From: Piromyces finnis finn
Taxonomy: Eukaryota > Fungi > Neocallimastigomycota
Length of the DNA: 64,000 bases
NCBI GenBank assembly: GCA_002104945.1
Contig: MCFH01000004.1
Location: 930,001-994,000 of the forward strand
Direction of reading: 5' to 3'
The notes under the pieces are model-generated. The model saw only the letters and a program-made list of their open reading frames with translations. It searched no databases and was not told the DNA's origin. This document shows positions 20,830 to 34,835 of this stretch, one piece after another. Made by a program: the position numbers and the translations under genes. The first letter of the stretch is position 1; each line of letters starts with the position of its first letter.

Positions 20830-21928
20830 TTTATATATAATAAATTTTAAATACTTTTATATAATTATTATAATAATTATCCAATTTAAATTATTTTATT
20901 TAAATTATATTTCAAAAATATTACTAGTTTAATTTTGTACTTATAAAATATATCCAATGTATTATTATTATTATTACTATTACTATTATTACTATTATTG
21001 CTATTATTATTTCTTAATGATAAAAAAAAATTAATTATTTTTTTTTTTGAAATTGGATTTCAAATAAAGTAATAATAATAATAATAATAAAATAATTGAA
21101 TACTTTTTAAACAAATTGAAAATTTTAATTTATATATAATAAATATTTTTTTAAAAAAATAATTAGATAAATAAATAAATAGTGTATAAGGCTTAATAAT
21201 GTATCTATATGACAAGATTTAATTCAATGACTATATTTTTATAATTTCTATAAAATTTCATTTCATTTGTTTCCCTTTAAGTATATAACTTTGACTTTTA
21301 TTCCTTTCGATTTTATTTAATATTCTCTAAATTTTTATAATAATTTAAATAGTATGATTGGATATATTGGACAACAACAATTAAGAAAAGTAAAATCTTA
21401 ATATTAATTATTATAATAATTTTTTTATATATAATTTAATGAATAAATTTTTTTTTGAAATTTTCCCTTCTCACAAAAATTAAAAGTAATAGTTTAGCAA
21501 TAAAAAAAAAAACTACTTTATTATAATAACACAAAATGAAAAGAATTTTATACTTATTTTTATTACATATTTATATTTTGGTGTTAAAATTTTTATATTT
21601 TGATATTCTTTTTTAATATTTAATTATTTTTTCTTTTATTTTTTATTTAAATGCTATGCAAAGTACCAAGTTTAAATATTTTTTACTTTGAATTATTCTT
21701 TTGTTAAAATAGTTATTGTTTTTGTTAGTATTACTATTAATTTTAGTTATTACAGAGAACATTATTAAGAATAATATTGCATAGATTATATTTAATTATT
21801 TATATTACATATTACATTTGATTAAGGTTTCTTTTTTTTTTATATATATATATATATATATTTATATTTTTTTATTATTACGTTTCATTTGTATGATTTT
21901 TTATTTTATTTGTTATTTTTTAATTTGT

Positions 21929-23627
21929 TTATGAAAGAGACTTTGTTATTCCCATGAACTTCTTCTTGGAGAAACTCATCCACCATTTACTTGGAACATC
22001 AGCATCAATATATATTCTTTCAATAATTCTAACAGCCATTTCTTGACGAAGTTGACTAATATATTGTTTCATAAGTTCTATTATATATATACATTATTTA
22101 ATAATAATACAACAATTTATAAATTTCATATAAAGTAAATTATATAAAAGTTTATAAGTTATATAATTAATGGATATAGAATTGATTAGCTTTTATATTT
22201 AGAAAAGAAGTTTTATAATAATATAGAAAAAAATAATATAATTATAATTTTTTATAGTAATTTACATATATTTAATTTTTTATTAAAAAAAAAAAAAATA
22301 CATGTATATAGCTATAATAATTTATATTATATAATTTAATATTTTACCAGCTTGATTTCTGTCAACTGGAGCTTCAAAATAGGCATTAAGTGGGAAATTA
22401 GCATCTCCTGGAATAGAGAAGTTTTGAAGAGCATGAGAATTTAAAATCTTGTATCCTTCAATCTTGTTTGGTAAAGGACTCTTTTGACTAATTTTAGCTA
22501 AACATTCAGAAATAAAAATAATTAAATAAACTAAAACACGATCAGCAGTTCCTTTAAATTCGAAATTTTTGAATAAGCAATTAGCTCGGAAGACGTTAAG
22601 AGCTTCGTCAATAATATCTTCAATTTCAGTATTGGCTATTGTTATTGTTGTTATTATGTTTAATAATTCGATGTTTATTTTTTAACATAAGATGATATTC
22701 AATAATTTGTGTTATTTATTATTTGAATATATTTGTTTGTTTGTTTTTTATTATTATTTATTTATTTAATGATAAATATTATAATCAACATTTATGTATA
22801 TTTTAAATTGATATTTAAAAAAAAAAATAATAGTCATTAATATTATATTATAATTAATTTCTTTATAACTTAAAATAATTTTTATAAATTTTACTTTCAA
22901 TTGGAGCTGGACCCTTGTATTTGGTTTTTAAAGGTAAAATAGCCATGTTACCAATACAACGAAGATCGTCACCATTAAATGAAGAATGATAAGCCTATAA
23001 CAATAAAAATAATAATATAAATTATTTTTTTAATTTACTTAATTATATTGTTAAATTAATTTTTGAAAGAAATTTTTAACAAAAGATTCACTAGTAATTA
23101 TTTCGTTTCTATTATTGAAATATAATATATTATTTATTTGAATAAAAGAATGTGCAATTTTCATTATATTACATTTGAATTTCTTAATTTTAATTTGATT
23201 CTTTAATTATTATTGAATTTTTAGTTTATCTTAGTATTCCTATTTAGTTATACTTTTATATATTGTTATTATTATACTACATATAATTTAATACTTAAAA
23301 AAAATATATATATAAATATAAAACCATTTATATTTATAATTATTCAAATAGAGTATTATATTTGAATATAACAATAACTTTAATGTTATTTTTTTAATTA
23401 TTATATATGTAGTTATTATAATTCATTCATTCTTTATATTTATTGTATTTTCCATTTGAAATTGATTTAGTATTACTTAAAATATATAAAATATTTAATA
23501 TAATAAAAATCAAAATTTTCCTTCTTAAATTACAATTGTTTATTGATGTATTATTAATTATTTTAATATTGATTTTATATTAATTATAATTATTATTTTA
23601 TAGAAATTATTTAACACATACAGGCAT
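21929..23627 (-). CDS. ARPC3: Arp2/3 complex subunit 3 (p21-Arc)
   Basis: Exon 1 is ATGCCT|gtatgt (MP). Then AYHSSFNGDDLRCIGNMAILPLKT..GPAP, DIIDEALNVFRANCLFKNFEFKGTADRVLVYL, IPGDANFPLNAYF, YISQLRQE and PSKWWMSFSKKKFMG. Confidence 0.96.
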
Positions 23628-24100
23628 CTTTCTTTATTGTTTTATTTGAATTTTAATAAAATTAACAAATGAAATTATTTAATTGTTATTATTTATGGAT
23701 TTTATAGTAATTATTATTATTGATAATAACACCTTTTTTTTTTTTTTTTTTTTTTTTTTATTAAAATAAAAATAAAATTAGATAAAATTTTATTTATAAA
23801 TAAATAAAAGAAAATTATTTAATTATAAATTTAATTTATTGTAATTTTTAATTTATTTTTATTATATTTAAATTTTTAAAATTAATATAATACAATTTAA
23901 TATGTAATGGAATATACAATTGTTAATGTAGATGTATAATACATATAATGAAGTTCTTAAAAATTTTTTATTCTAAAACGGATATAAAATGTCATTATTT
24001 ATTAAGTAATCAATAAATGATTATAGATAATAATAAATTGGGATAGTAATACAATTTTAAAATATTATAAAAGTTCAAAAATTATAAATTAAAATATATA

Positions 24101-27100
24101 TTATTTATTTCTTTTTTTTAAGTGTTTTTTTTTAATATTTTTAGTGGGTATAGATGAAATAGATTGTGAAACGGATAAATTGGAAAAAGTTGAGCTTGTT
24201 TTTTTTAATTTTGAAAAACTTGCTTTCTTTCTAATAATTTTATTATTTAATGATGTACTTGATGATTGATTTGAACTACTTTTTGATTTGGAAATAGAAG
24301 ATTTCTTTTTTATATGTTTTGTTTCACTAGATTTCTTTTTTATAATTTTTTTATTTATTGAATTGTTGGACGTTGCACTTATCGAATTAATGAAACTGTT
24401 GGATTTAGAAATAGAAGAAGTTTTTGAAATATTCTTCTTTTCATTATTTGATATAATAGAACTTTTATTATGATGTTTTTTATTTAATGAATATTTTGAT
24501 TCAAATTCAGTTTTCTCATTTGACTGTGAAGTTTTATCCTTTGATAATGTTTTAATTGTTTTATCATTAGTTTTTTGAATAATTGATTTAGATGAATCTG
24601 GTGAAGTTAAATCAGAAGCAGCATCATTTTTTACTTTAAATTTATCATTTAAATTTTTCGAACTTATGGAAGTTGAAGATGAATTTAATAACGAATCTGT
24701 TGAATTACTTGAATATGAATTCTGATATCTATTTATTTTTTTCTCTCTGTTTTTAATTCCATCTAATGAGTTTGCTTTGTTAAAATTACTTGAAGTTTGA
24801 GATTTTAAATTCGAAAATCTATTCATTTTTTCTTTATTATACTCTGTACTGGCAATCAAACCTTTATTAATATTTGGGTTTGAATGAAATATTTTTGAAT
24901 GGTTTTCTTGAGAAGTTATACTATTTTTATTCTTCATTTTATTATTATTATTAATATTTCTTGCTTCATACAATAAATCCTAAAGTTTTTTATTAATAAA
25001 ATATATTAAATTATTATCAGAGATAAATATATTATATCAATTAATAGTATTATTGAAATACATTAGTAAAATCAAAATTCTTCGGTGCTAATGCAATATA
25101 CTGAATTGGCTAATATATATAATATATAAAAAATAAAATATTATGATTAATTATTTATTAACTTTTTTAATTTTATATTTTTGATTAATATACCTCAGGT
25201 TTATCATTAATTATATTCTAATTAAAGCATTTAAAAAAAAAAAGAATAATATATTAGTACATATAATGAATATTATTATTAAAAAATTATATATTTTTAC
25301 TTACTTTATTTTTTTTATTATCATGCTCTTGATTTACCTTAATATTTTTAATAAAATCTTTTAAATGTTCATTTTTATTATCTTCAAAAAAGGTCAACTA
25401 TAGAATTTTACAATATTGTTTAAATATATTATAAACTATGGTCAAAATAGAAATTTATATTATCATTGATGAATTTTACCTTATTTGAGCATGCAATATC
25501 TTCAATAATTGAAATCTTATTTATTTTTTTATTTGTAGTATTTTCAAGTGAATTTTGTTTATTGTAACTATTCGTTTTCTATTTGAATTTTATTATAAAA
25601 ATCGAAACAATTAAAAGGTGTAAAAAAAAAAAAAGTTAATACGCAATTACTAAATATTAGAAATATATTTAATATTTTTTTAATCCGACATTATCTAATC
25701 TATTTGTTGACTTATAATTATTAATAGTAGTACTACTTGAAAAAGATATCTTTTTTTCATTATAATTATTACTATTATGATTATGATTATTATTGTGATA
25801 ATTATTATTATTATCACTTATGCTATTATTGATGGTTTTATAATTTTCAAAATTTTCCATCTTATTAAATATATTTAACATTGAGTTAGATTTATTTACT
25901 TTATCCAATTTTTCTACTTTTTTAATATTTTCATTAGTATCTATTTTTTTTAATTTTTGTTCTTTTTTTTTAATTTTTCTGCTATTTTCATCATCAGAAG
26001 ACATATCACTGTTTTCAGAACTATTTTTTAATTCAATAATGTTATATTTAAAAAAATAATAAAAAAAAAGGAATAATGGATGTTATTTTAATATTATTAC
26101 ACTTAAGATAAAGAAATAATTAATATTTTTTTTTCTAAATTAACCTATCATCATTCTTTTCTTTTGAAAATAGTTTTATTTCTTTTAATAAAATTCTTTC
26201 ATAATTAGCATTATCATAACTATTTTTAAAATAAAGAAAAATAGTTTTTCCAAATGATTTTCCAATTTTTGAGAGTATTTTCATTGAATAATGTATACCT
26301 TTAGTAGATGTCAAATCAGAGCCACACATTGATGCTTCCATTGTATAACTTTTCAAAACATTATATTTTTTATGCATTGTAACCTTTAAAAGTTTTTAAA
26401 AGCAATAATTATTTATTTTTGTTTTTTTTTTTTTTTTTTTTGCAAATATTATTAAATAATACTTAAAACATACTCTTCCTGTTCCTTCCTTTACTTTTTC
26501 TATATTAAAATGACAACGATTAAAATATACATATTGTTTATAATAATTTGAAAATATGTAAGGGAATATTCGTTCCTTATATCTTTTTAATAAAATATAA
26601 ATAATAATTTATTTTCTAGTTATTAGCTTTGTTATATAAATTTTAAATCAACATATAATGAAAAGAAAATAGATTGATTAAAAAAATTTTAATGATTACC
26701 GATTGTCTTCATTATCATCGTTACTACATCCATATAAAAATGTACCAAATTTTCTACTATGACCATGCATATCAACAAACATTTCAATTGAATTGTTTTC
26801 AAGAGTCTTTTCAATCATTTTTATTACTGTATGGATTTCTGGTGTATACCGTATCAATTTCTTTTCTGATAAACGCCACTATGGTATAACATAATAATAA
26901 GTTTATTAATACTCTTTGATTTATAATTATATTATTTGAATATCTACTATATATGCTATTAAATATTATTAGATATATATTCATTACACATCTATTTAAA
27001 TCATATCCTGTTAATGAGCAACGACTATTTCCCTTTTTTTTTAAAAAAAAATTATATATTTTAGTATATATAATTTATATATACTTTAATAAAATATATT

Positions 27101-27915
27101 TATAAAAAAAAATACTTACAGAGATAACTCCATCTATAATTATATTGTATTTATATTTTACATTAAGATTTAGTAATCTAATATATTACATGACTGTGTT
27201 TAATTCCTAAGAAATTAAAAAAAAAAAAAAAAAAAAAAAATACCTGGATTTAACATTGGAATAATTTTTACAATATAATTATCCCTTATATATTGTGCTT
27301 CTTTTGTATTTCCGATCATAAATTCGATAAAACCCTTTATTTTAAAAATATTAAAAAAAAAAAAAAAAATTAGAATTCATATTAAAATTATATAATAATT
27401 ATTAAATCGTAATTAACTTTTATATACATTTAAATATCATACTTTAACCATAAAACTACTGTTTGTTTCACCTTCATATTAATTATTTTAGTTAATATAT
27501 ATTATTAAAATTTTATTAAATATTATAAAATTGAAGTAAATTAAAAAGTATAGATCTGAAGGAAAAAACGATAATATACATGGATGTACTCTTCCTGTTA
27601 TTATAATAACTTTTTTATTTTCATTATTAATCCTGTTATTAGTAATGGTTATAAGATCAATCCTATACAATATAATTTTCAAAAAATCATTAATTAAATA
27701 TATATATATTTTTTCGAATGAATTGGCAATTTCTATAGTTTAATTTATTACTTGTTTTTATTAATGGATTCACCAATAATTTCGTGATTTAGTACATTGA
27801 ATAATTTATTATCCATTTTCAATATATTTATATCCCTTGAATTATTGTATAGTATTTGATTTTTTTAATATGTAATATTTATTAAGTTAAATAATGAGGT
27901 GAGATGAAATCATTT

Positions 27916-27962
<47 letters not shown>

Positions 27963-30036
27963 TAATAAGAATACCTTTGAAGATCTGAATAGGTATATGG
28001 ATAACAATAAGCAATATAACATGTATCATTATCTTCTGTGAAAACAATTGACATATCTAGTAAATATGTTTGTTTAAAATTACTGCATTTTTTATTTTTA
28101 GTATAACTAATGTTATATCCTGTTCTATACCATCCAATATCTTTATTACGTATTAAATATTTTTTTAATAATTGGTAATTAATTAAATGATAATCATTTT
28201 TTAGCAATAAAATTAATATTTTTTTTTTATTTTAATGATAAAATTTACTTTCTTTTTCTTTTTTTTTTTTAGAATATACAAGTACTTTCATTCCATTATT
28301 AAATAAACTTTTAGGTTTAGTGAAATTTCCTAATGTAAATTGATATTCATGATTTCCTTGCATATTTTTTACTTGAAAGAAGAACCATTGAACATGTCCT
28401 TTTAAATTATATTTATTTTAATTAATTAATAAATTTTATTATAATTACATATTACAATTATATAGCTAAATACCATTTGTATTTAAATCACATTTAAGTT
28501 GTAAAAAATAGGCATAATCGTCACTTTTTATAGTAATAAGGTTAAAAAAATAATAATGAATGATTTTTATATATATATATATTTAATACGAGAAATATAT
28601 ATAAAAAGAAGAGTTAATTGAATACAAACATTCTAATTGCTTTTTGTAAATTTCCACTTTCAAACCTTGAATCGAACAATAACGGGGGTGCACAATTATT
28701 TACCGTTCTCTGTATATAATAATACATAACATTTGAAAAATATATAATAAAATATGTTATATATAAATATAAATGTAGTGTTGATAAAATAACTTTAAAA
28801 AAAAAAGAGCATTATCAAATCAAATATTTTAAATAATTACTGGAACAGGAATTTCATCCCAAAATTCATTATAAACTATATAAGGTTCAAAATGATGATT
28901 CTTATCCACATTTGATTCTTTTTCCTCGGGAATATCTTTAGCTATTACATGTAATATATATATATTCCTTTTTTTTTTAATATCACAATTTTTTTTCTTT
29001 ATGTAAATCTATATGAAATTGTAAAACTAAAAAATATTACTAATATAAAAGGTTTCTTGACATTTTGTTTCCATTAATAATGGTAATGTTATAACACATT
29101 TCTTCCCATTTGGACTATGAATAATTCATAAAATAATTAATATACCGGGATTATTAAATTGAAAAAAAAAAGGGTATTAAATAATAATTAATATTTACAA
29201 AATTGGTTTATATTGTATATTATTTAATTCATGTAGTGGCATCGGTTCATTAGACTTCATCCTTCCCGATATTTTATATGAATTAATATTAATTATATCA
29301 TCATTATTTTTATCATTATAATCTATATATATTAATAGATTAACAGATTTTATTTTATTACAATGTCAATAATGTTATTTAAAAATATCTTTGTGATATA
29401 TTCATTTTTTTAAATATAATAATTACTTTTGGTTTCATTGATTATTTTAGTTTCATCCTTATCTAATAAATTATAGGGATATTCAATAAAAAAAAAAAAA
29501 AAAAATACATTATCAATAAATTAATTATTAATTATATTTTAATACTATACTTTAAATTATCATTTAAAATAAATCAATACACTCAGATTCATTAAAATCA
29601 TTTTCCGTTAAAGTCTTATTCTTTTGATAGAAAAAAAAAATTATTATAGATTGTACATACAGAATTTATTTTAATAATTATTATTAATATATATGTTAGC
29701 TTTTTATTTATTATATTATATTAACAAGAGTCTTATTTATCTATCATCAAATTTTACATTTATATTATCTACCAATCTTATCGTTGAACTTTCATATTTT
29801 TCAATGTAAATATTTTTCCTCAACTCTCGATGTTTATAAGTATTATATAATTCTCGTATTTCATCTCTTCGCTTAATATCTTGTAATATTTGTAGTTTAA
29901 GATTAGAGTTATTAATAATAGAATTTGTACTATTTGTAAAAAAATTTGTTATAGCATTTTTTTCTTGAAATGTCTTCTTTTTATTTTCTGAATTAAAAAA
30001 TTTATCTATCTCAAAGGTTGACAATGTTTCCATCAT
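24101..30036 (-). CDS. Cytosolic carboxypeptidase (M14D, Nna1/CCP/AGBL family; tubulin deglutamylase-like) with a long Lys/Ser-rich C-terminal tail
   Basis: Motifs QWFFFQV, CYIAYCYPYTYSDLQ, TGRVHP|CET (Zn-binding HxxE), KIIPMLNP|DGVIS|GNSRCSLTGYDLNR, DMHGHSRK (third Zn ligand) and SYTMEAS (catalytic Glu) are all intact. Confidence 0.9.
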
Positions 30037-30751
30037 CTATTCTTTACATATATACTTTCTTTATCTATTTTCAATAAGAGTAAAACAATAAAATAAAACG
30101 AGATAGAAATATAATTAATGAAAAAATAACTTTATCTCTTTTTTTTTTTTTTCTCTTCTAATTCTTAAATGGTCGCTTTATCCGTATAAAGTTAAATATT
30201 TAATTAACTTTAAAATTTTATCTTTCTATATATATAACTATAATATTACAACTATAGGGTAAATCGGTAAAGCTTATCAAAACTTTTTATTTTTATTGTT
30301 GTTGTTGTTGCTCTTAATTATTATTATTAAATGTTATTAAATATTATTATCATTATTGTTATTGTTATTATTATTATTACTTTTTATATATTTTATATTA
30401 GAAAAAATGTTTAACTTTGATAAATATATATATATATAAAAAAAAGGTAAAAATAGAAAAAGGAAAAAAAAAAACTTAAATTTTAAAATATATGTTTAAT
30501 CTTCTCTTAAATTTGAATTTTTTTTTTATTAAATAAAATTTCCTTTCACAACTGTAAATATATATAACAATCCATCTATTATAATTATCACTAATACCTA
30601 TTGAAACTAAAATATATACATACATACATATATATAAATATTTTAATAACAATAGGATCGTTTTTATTTTATATTTATGTATATCTCGATCTATTTTCAA
30701 CTTTAAAAATATTTTTTATATATTTAGTTTTAAAAGGCTTTATTTTTTAAC

Positions 30752-30791
<40 letters not shown>

Positions 30792-31206
30792 ACTATCATT
30801 AAAAAATAAAAAAAAAATAAATTTACATTTTTTTTCTTTACATTTAGTTTTTATATGTAACTATTAAATTATAAATATATAACTTAATTTTTTTTTTTTC
30901 TCTTTTTCTTTTTAAATTGAAAGAACAGGAAAAAAAAATAAAATATTTGATGTAATTTTTTATTTAAACTACATTAAATAATACAAAGTATTTTATAAAA
31001 GATATAGATATAAATATATATATATAAATGAACAATTTCTTAAATTTTATACCTATATTGTTTACTGTTTGAATTTATTATCTATTTTCAATTATAAAGG
31101 CTTATATTGATTGTTACTATTATTTTTTTTTATTTATTTAAATTGTTTTTATAGATTTAACTTTTTATATCTAAATAATTGAATCATCTTGAAAATTTAA
31201 ATTGTC

Positions 31207-31897
31207 TTATGAAGCAGTTTGAGGTACACTATTTGAACCATTAGCTGCAATTTGTGTATCATCAAAATTATATTTATCAGTGACTTCCATAAATGTTATT
31301 AAATCCTTAATTTTTTCCTTAATTTGTGGATCAAAGATAAGAGATTGTGGAAGTGGTGGATTACAACTTGGATAGTTCTATAATAATATATTTCAAAGTT
31401 AAAAAAAAAAATATAATTATTTATAATATAATATTTTAAATAATATTTTAAACTTACAGATGGTTCCTTAAATTGTTCATTAAATTGTAAAACATTACAA
31501 CATAACACATATCTAATTAAAATTTGTCTAAGGAAATCATCTTGTATGAAACGTTTATATGACTTGTCTTTAGATAATAATAAATTGGAAAAGAAAAAAG
31601 TATTAATATAAATATTTATACTAAAAAGTTCTTTATTATTAAAGTTTTTTTTACCAAGAGTTCCTGTTGGGGTAGCTTGAGCATTATATAAATCTGAAAT
31701 GTAATTTTCAATATCTTTTATCTTATTTTTGCATTCATTCCATTTATCATTAGCCATTTCAGTAATATCAGAAATAAATGAAATAGCTTTAATTGGACTA
31801 TGTAAGAATAATGTGAATAAACCACCACTGTGAGCAGAATCTTATTTTAAATTATTAAAATATATAAAATATACAAAAATCAACTATTAACTTTTGG

Positions 31898-31930
<33 letters not shown>

Positions 31931-33757
31931 TATAGATAGATAGATAGATAGATAGATAGACTAACCATTTATATTTCCAGGATATTCAACTGGTGACATT
32001 AAAGTAACTAATGGTGCATTAAATATTTTTGGAATATTCTTTTTAAAATAGAATAAAATAAAATAAAATAAAATAAAATAATAATAAATTTAGATTATTG
32101 CTTTTTTTTTTAAAAAAATATATATATATATATAGGGATATATACCTTGAATGCAGTACAATTATTACTATCCATAATAATAAACATTGGTTTTCTAGTA
32201 AATGGTAATAAATCGATTGGATGAAGACAATGAATTAATGCAGTTTGTTCAGAAGTTTCGGTTTTTTCGGTTTTTCTTGGATTGGTTGATGTAGCTATAC
32301 CACCACTGTAACCTTGTTGAAGTTCACTGTCTTGACCTTCACCCTTGATGATATGTTTAACACCATCAGCAGATAAATATAATAATAACGCTGAATTTTC
32401 ACTTATTTCCTTTTAATTATATCAAATATATTATATATCAAATATATATATAATTTTAATGAGTATGATGAAATATTTAATAGAAAGTCCATTATTAATA
32501 ATAGTATTTATATTTTTATTATTCAGTGTTATTTTATTTTACCTTAAAAGCTGTTGTAATATATAACATTAATTGTCCAAAGCTTGGTTTATGTAATAAA
32601 TATTTATGTGGATTAATACGTCTCATAGAATTCTTTTCATTCTTATCATTTGAATCTTCTTGATTTTCTTTTTTTTCTTGTTCATTAGTATCAGAATTTT
32701 GCTTATCAGCAGATATAGGTTCACGTTCTAATAATTGAAGCATTCTGAACATATCTAAAGTTAATTCAGAGAATTTCATCTAATCAATCAAGAATTTAAT
32801 ATTTTTATTTTATTAAAAAAAAAAAAAAAGAATATAAAGAATAAATTTTATTAAACCATTTAGCACTATGATCATAATAATAATAAATACATGATATTTA
32901 AAATATAAAGGTGTATTATATGTTACTGTACTTACTTGATTTTGATGATTACCAACAAGAATAGCTTCTTGTAACTTTAATTTTGGAGTACCATCTTTAT
33001 TTAATTTTGGTGTTTTATCAATTAATAATCTACTAGAAACATTAAGCATATGGCCATCTAAATCGGTTGGTAATAATTTTTTATCCGCCTTAAATAGAAA
33101 TTAAATTTTAATTATTTAATTATTATTCATTAACGAATGAGTTATGATATAAAATATTAAAAATAAATAAATTGTTGGGTTATTATACTATTTAAAGTAA
33201 CAATCCTTATCATTTTATTTATTAATTTAACATATATAAAATTGTTATTATTATCCATTCTATCAAATTAACGTACTTCAAGGAAATTTGAAATTTCAGT
33301 AATAACAACATTCCATTCAGCAGCATCTGATGGCTTGAATATTTTAGTATATTCATCAACTAAAAGATTTAATTCTTCCATTAATTGTTTAATAGTTTCA
33401 TAGTGGTTTAATAATAAACAAACAACAATGAAACGGGCATAATATCTTAATTTTTTAATCATTAATGCTGAACTATTATATTAAAAATGGGTAATGTTTT
33501 AAAGGAAATAATAATTATATTCTATATTAGAAAAGAGATACAATAGGAAATATTTTATTTTTAATAATTAACGATCATTATTAATAAACTTAAAAATAAC
33601 CTTTTATTTTCTGAGGTTTCTTTGAAATAATTTCTCTCATGAATAGCTTGATAGAATATGCATGATTCTTGAAGATAATTTGTTTCACTAGTTCTTAAAC
33701 TATTTTTATAATGATATTAATAATGATAATAAAGTTGTATATCTATCCATTAATCAT

Positions 33758-33797
<40 letters not shown>

Positions 33798-34835
33798 TTA
33801 TTATTTTTGTAAATAAAAATTTTATTATTCTTCTTACTAATAATGATAGTATAATTCTTTTAAAATATAATTAATAGATGTAATATTCCAGTTATAATAA
33901 ATTAAAAAAAAAATAAAAAAATATAATTAATTATGAATAATATATTTTATTAACAAAAAAATATAAATATAGGTGTATATAATTACGGGCAATTTTGGAT
34001 GCAATTTCACCAATTTCTACACGCTTGAGACCATAGTATTCTTTGTTTTCGAGAACAGCTCTGTGTTGTTGTTGATATTTCCAGAGCTATCGTTATACAT
34101 AATATATATAATTTTTTAAATTTTTAAATTAATTTGTAAAACAAAATATTTTTATTGTTTAACAAAAATAATAAAAAAAAAAAAAAAAAGGGAAATTACT
34201 TTGGTATAAACTTCAAAAGTTCTCTTAAAGTATGGTTGCCATTGCTAAAAAAACAAAAAAAAAAATTATTCAATGAAACTTAGTTTTTTATTATTGAAAG
34301 TTTTTTTGATATATTATTATTATTATTCTCATATATATAATACTTTTTGACTTCCAGTTGGTGGTAAATCTCTTAATCCAGCAAATAATTGTTGAGATCT
34401 TTCTAATAAATATTGGAATTCTTTATTATTATTATTAAAATTTTATAAATATAATAAAAAAAGAAAAAAGAATATTAATTATTTATATCACTTTTCACTG
34501 TTCTTTTATATATATATATATCTTTCAAAGTATATGAAATTTAAAAATTTTTATTCCACATTTTAATTTTATTTTTCTTCCTTTTATATTTATAATTTTC
34601 TCTTGAAATATTTACCATCGACAATTTTCATATTTTCTTCATTACTATCATGGCTCTTTTCAGTGTTTTCCATTCCAGTATTAGTATCCATTGCATTTGG
34701 ATCTTTCTTTTCATTTTCACTTGAAGTTTCTTGATTTGAACTGTTTTGTTCATTGGAAATTTCTTCATTACCTGAAATTTCCATTGGCTTATCCTTATCT
34801 TCCATTGTAGTTTTATCGATATTCTCTTGTTCCAT
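31207..34835 (-). CDS. SCAI: SCAI (suppressor of cancer cell invasion) family protein
   Basis: Spliced motifs LRDLPP, WQPYFKRTFEVYTK|LWKYQQQHR, EIGEIASKIA|QLYYHY|YLRTSE, KKLRYYARFIVVCLLLN, LQEAILVGN, KFSELTLDMFRMLQLLEREP, NPHKYLLHKP, LLYLSADG, LHPIDLLPFTRKPMFIIMDS and GGLFTLFLHSP match the recalled family. Confidence 0.92.
31933..31960. repeat. (TAGA)7 tetranucleotide microsatellite next to a (TA)n run in a SCAI intron
   Basis: Direct reading; it abuts the 5' splice site of the minus-strand intron. Confidence 0.85.

Noticed and set aside
34225-34240. RFX X-box-like GTTGCCATTGCTAA
   Set aside because: It lies at a coding exon and acceptor of SCAI, is an imperfect match and is not upstream of a ciliary gene.
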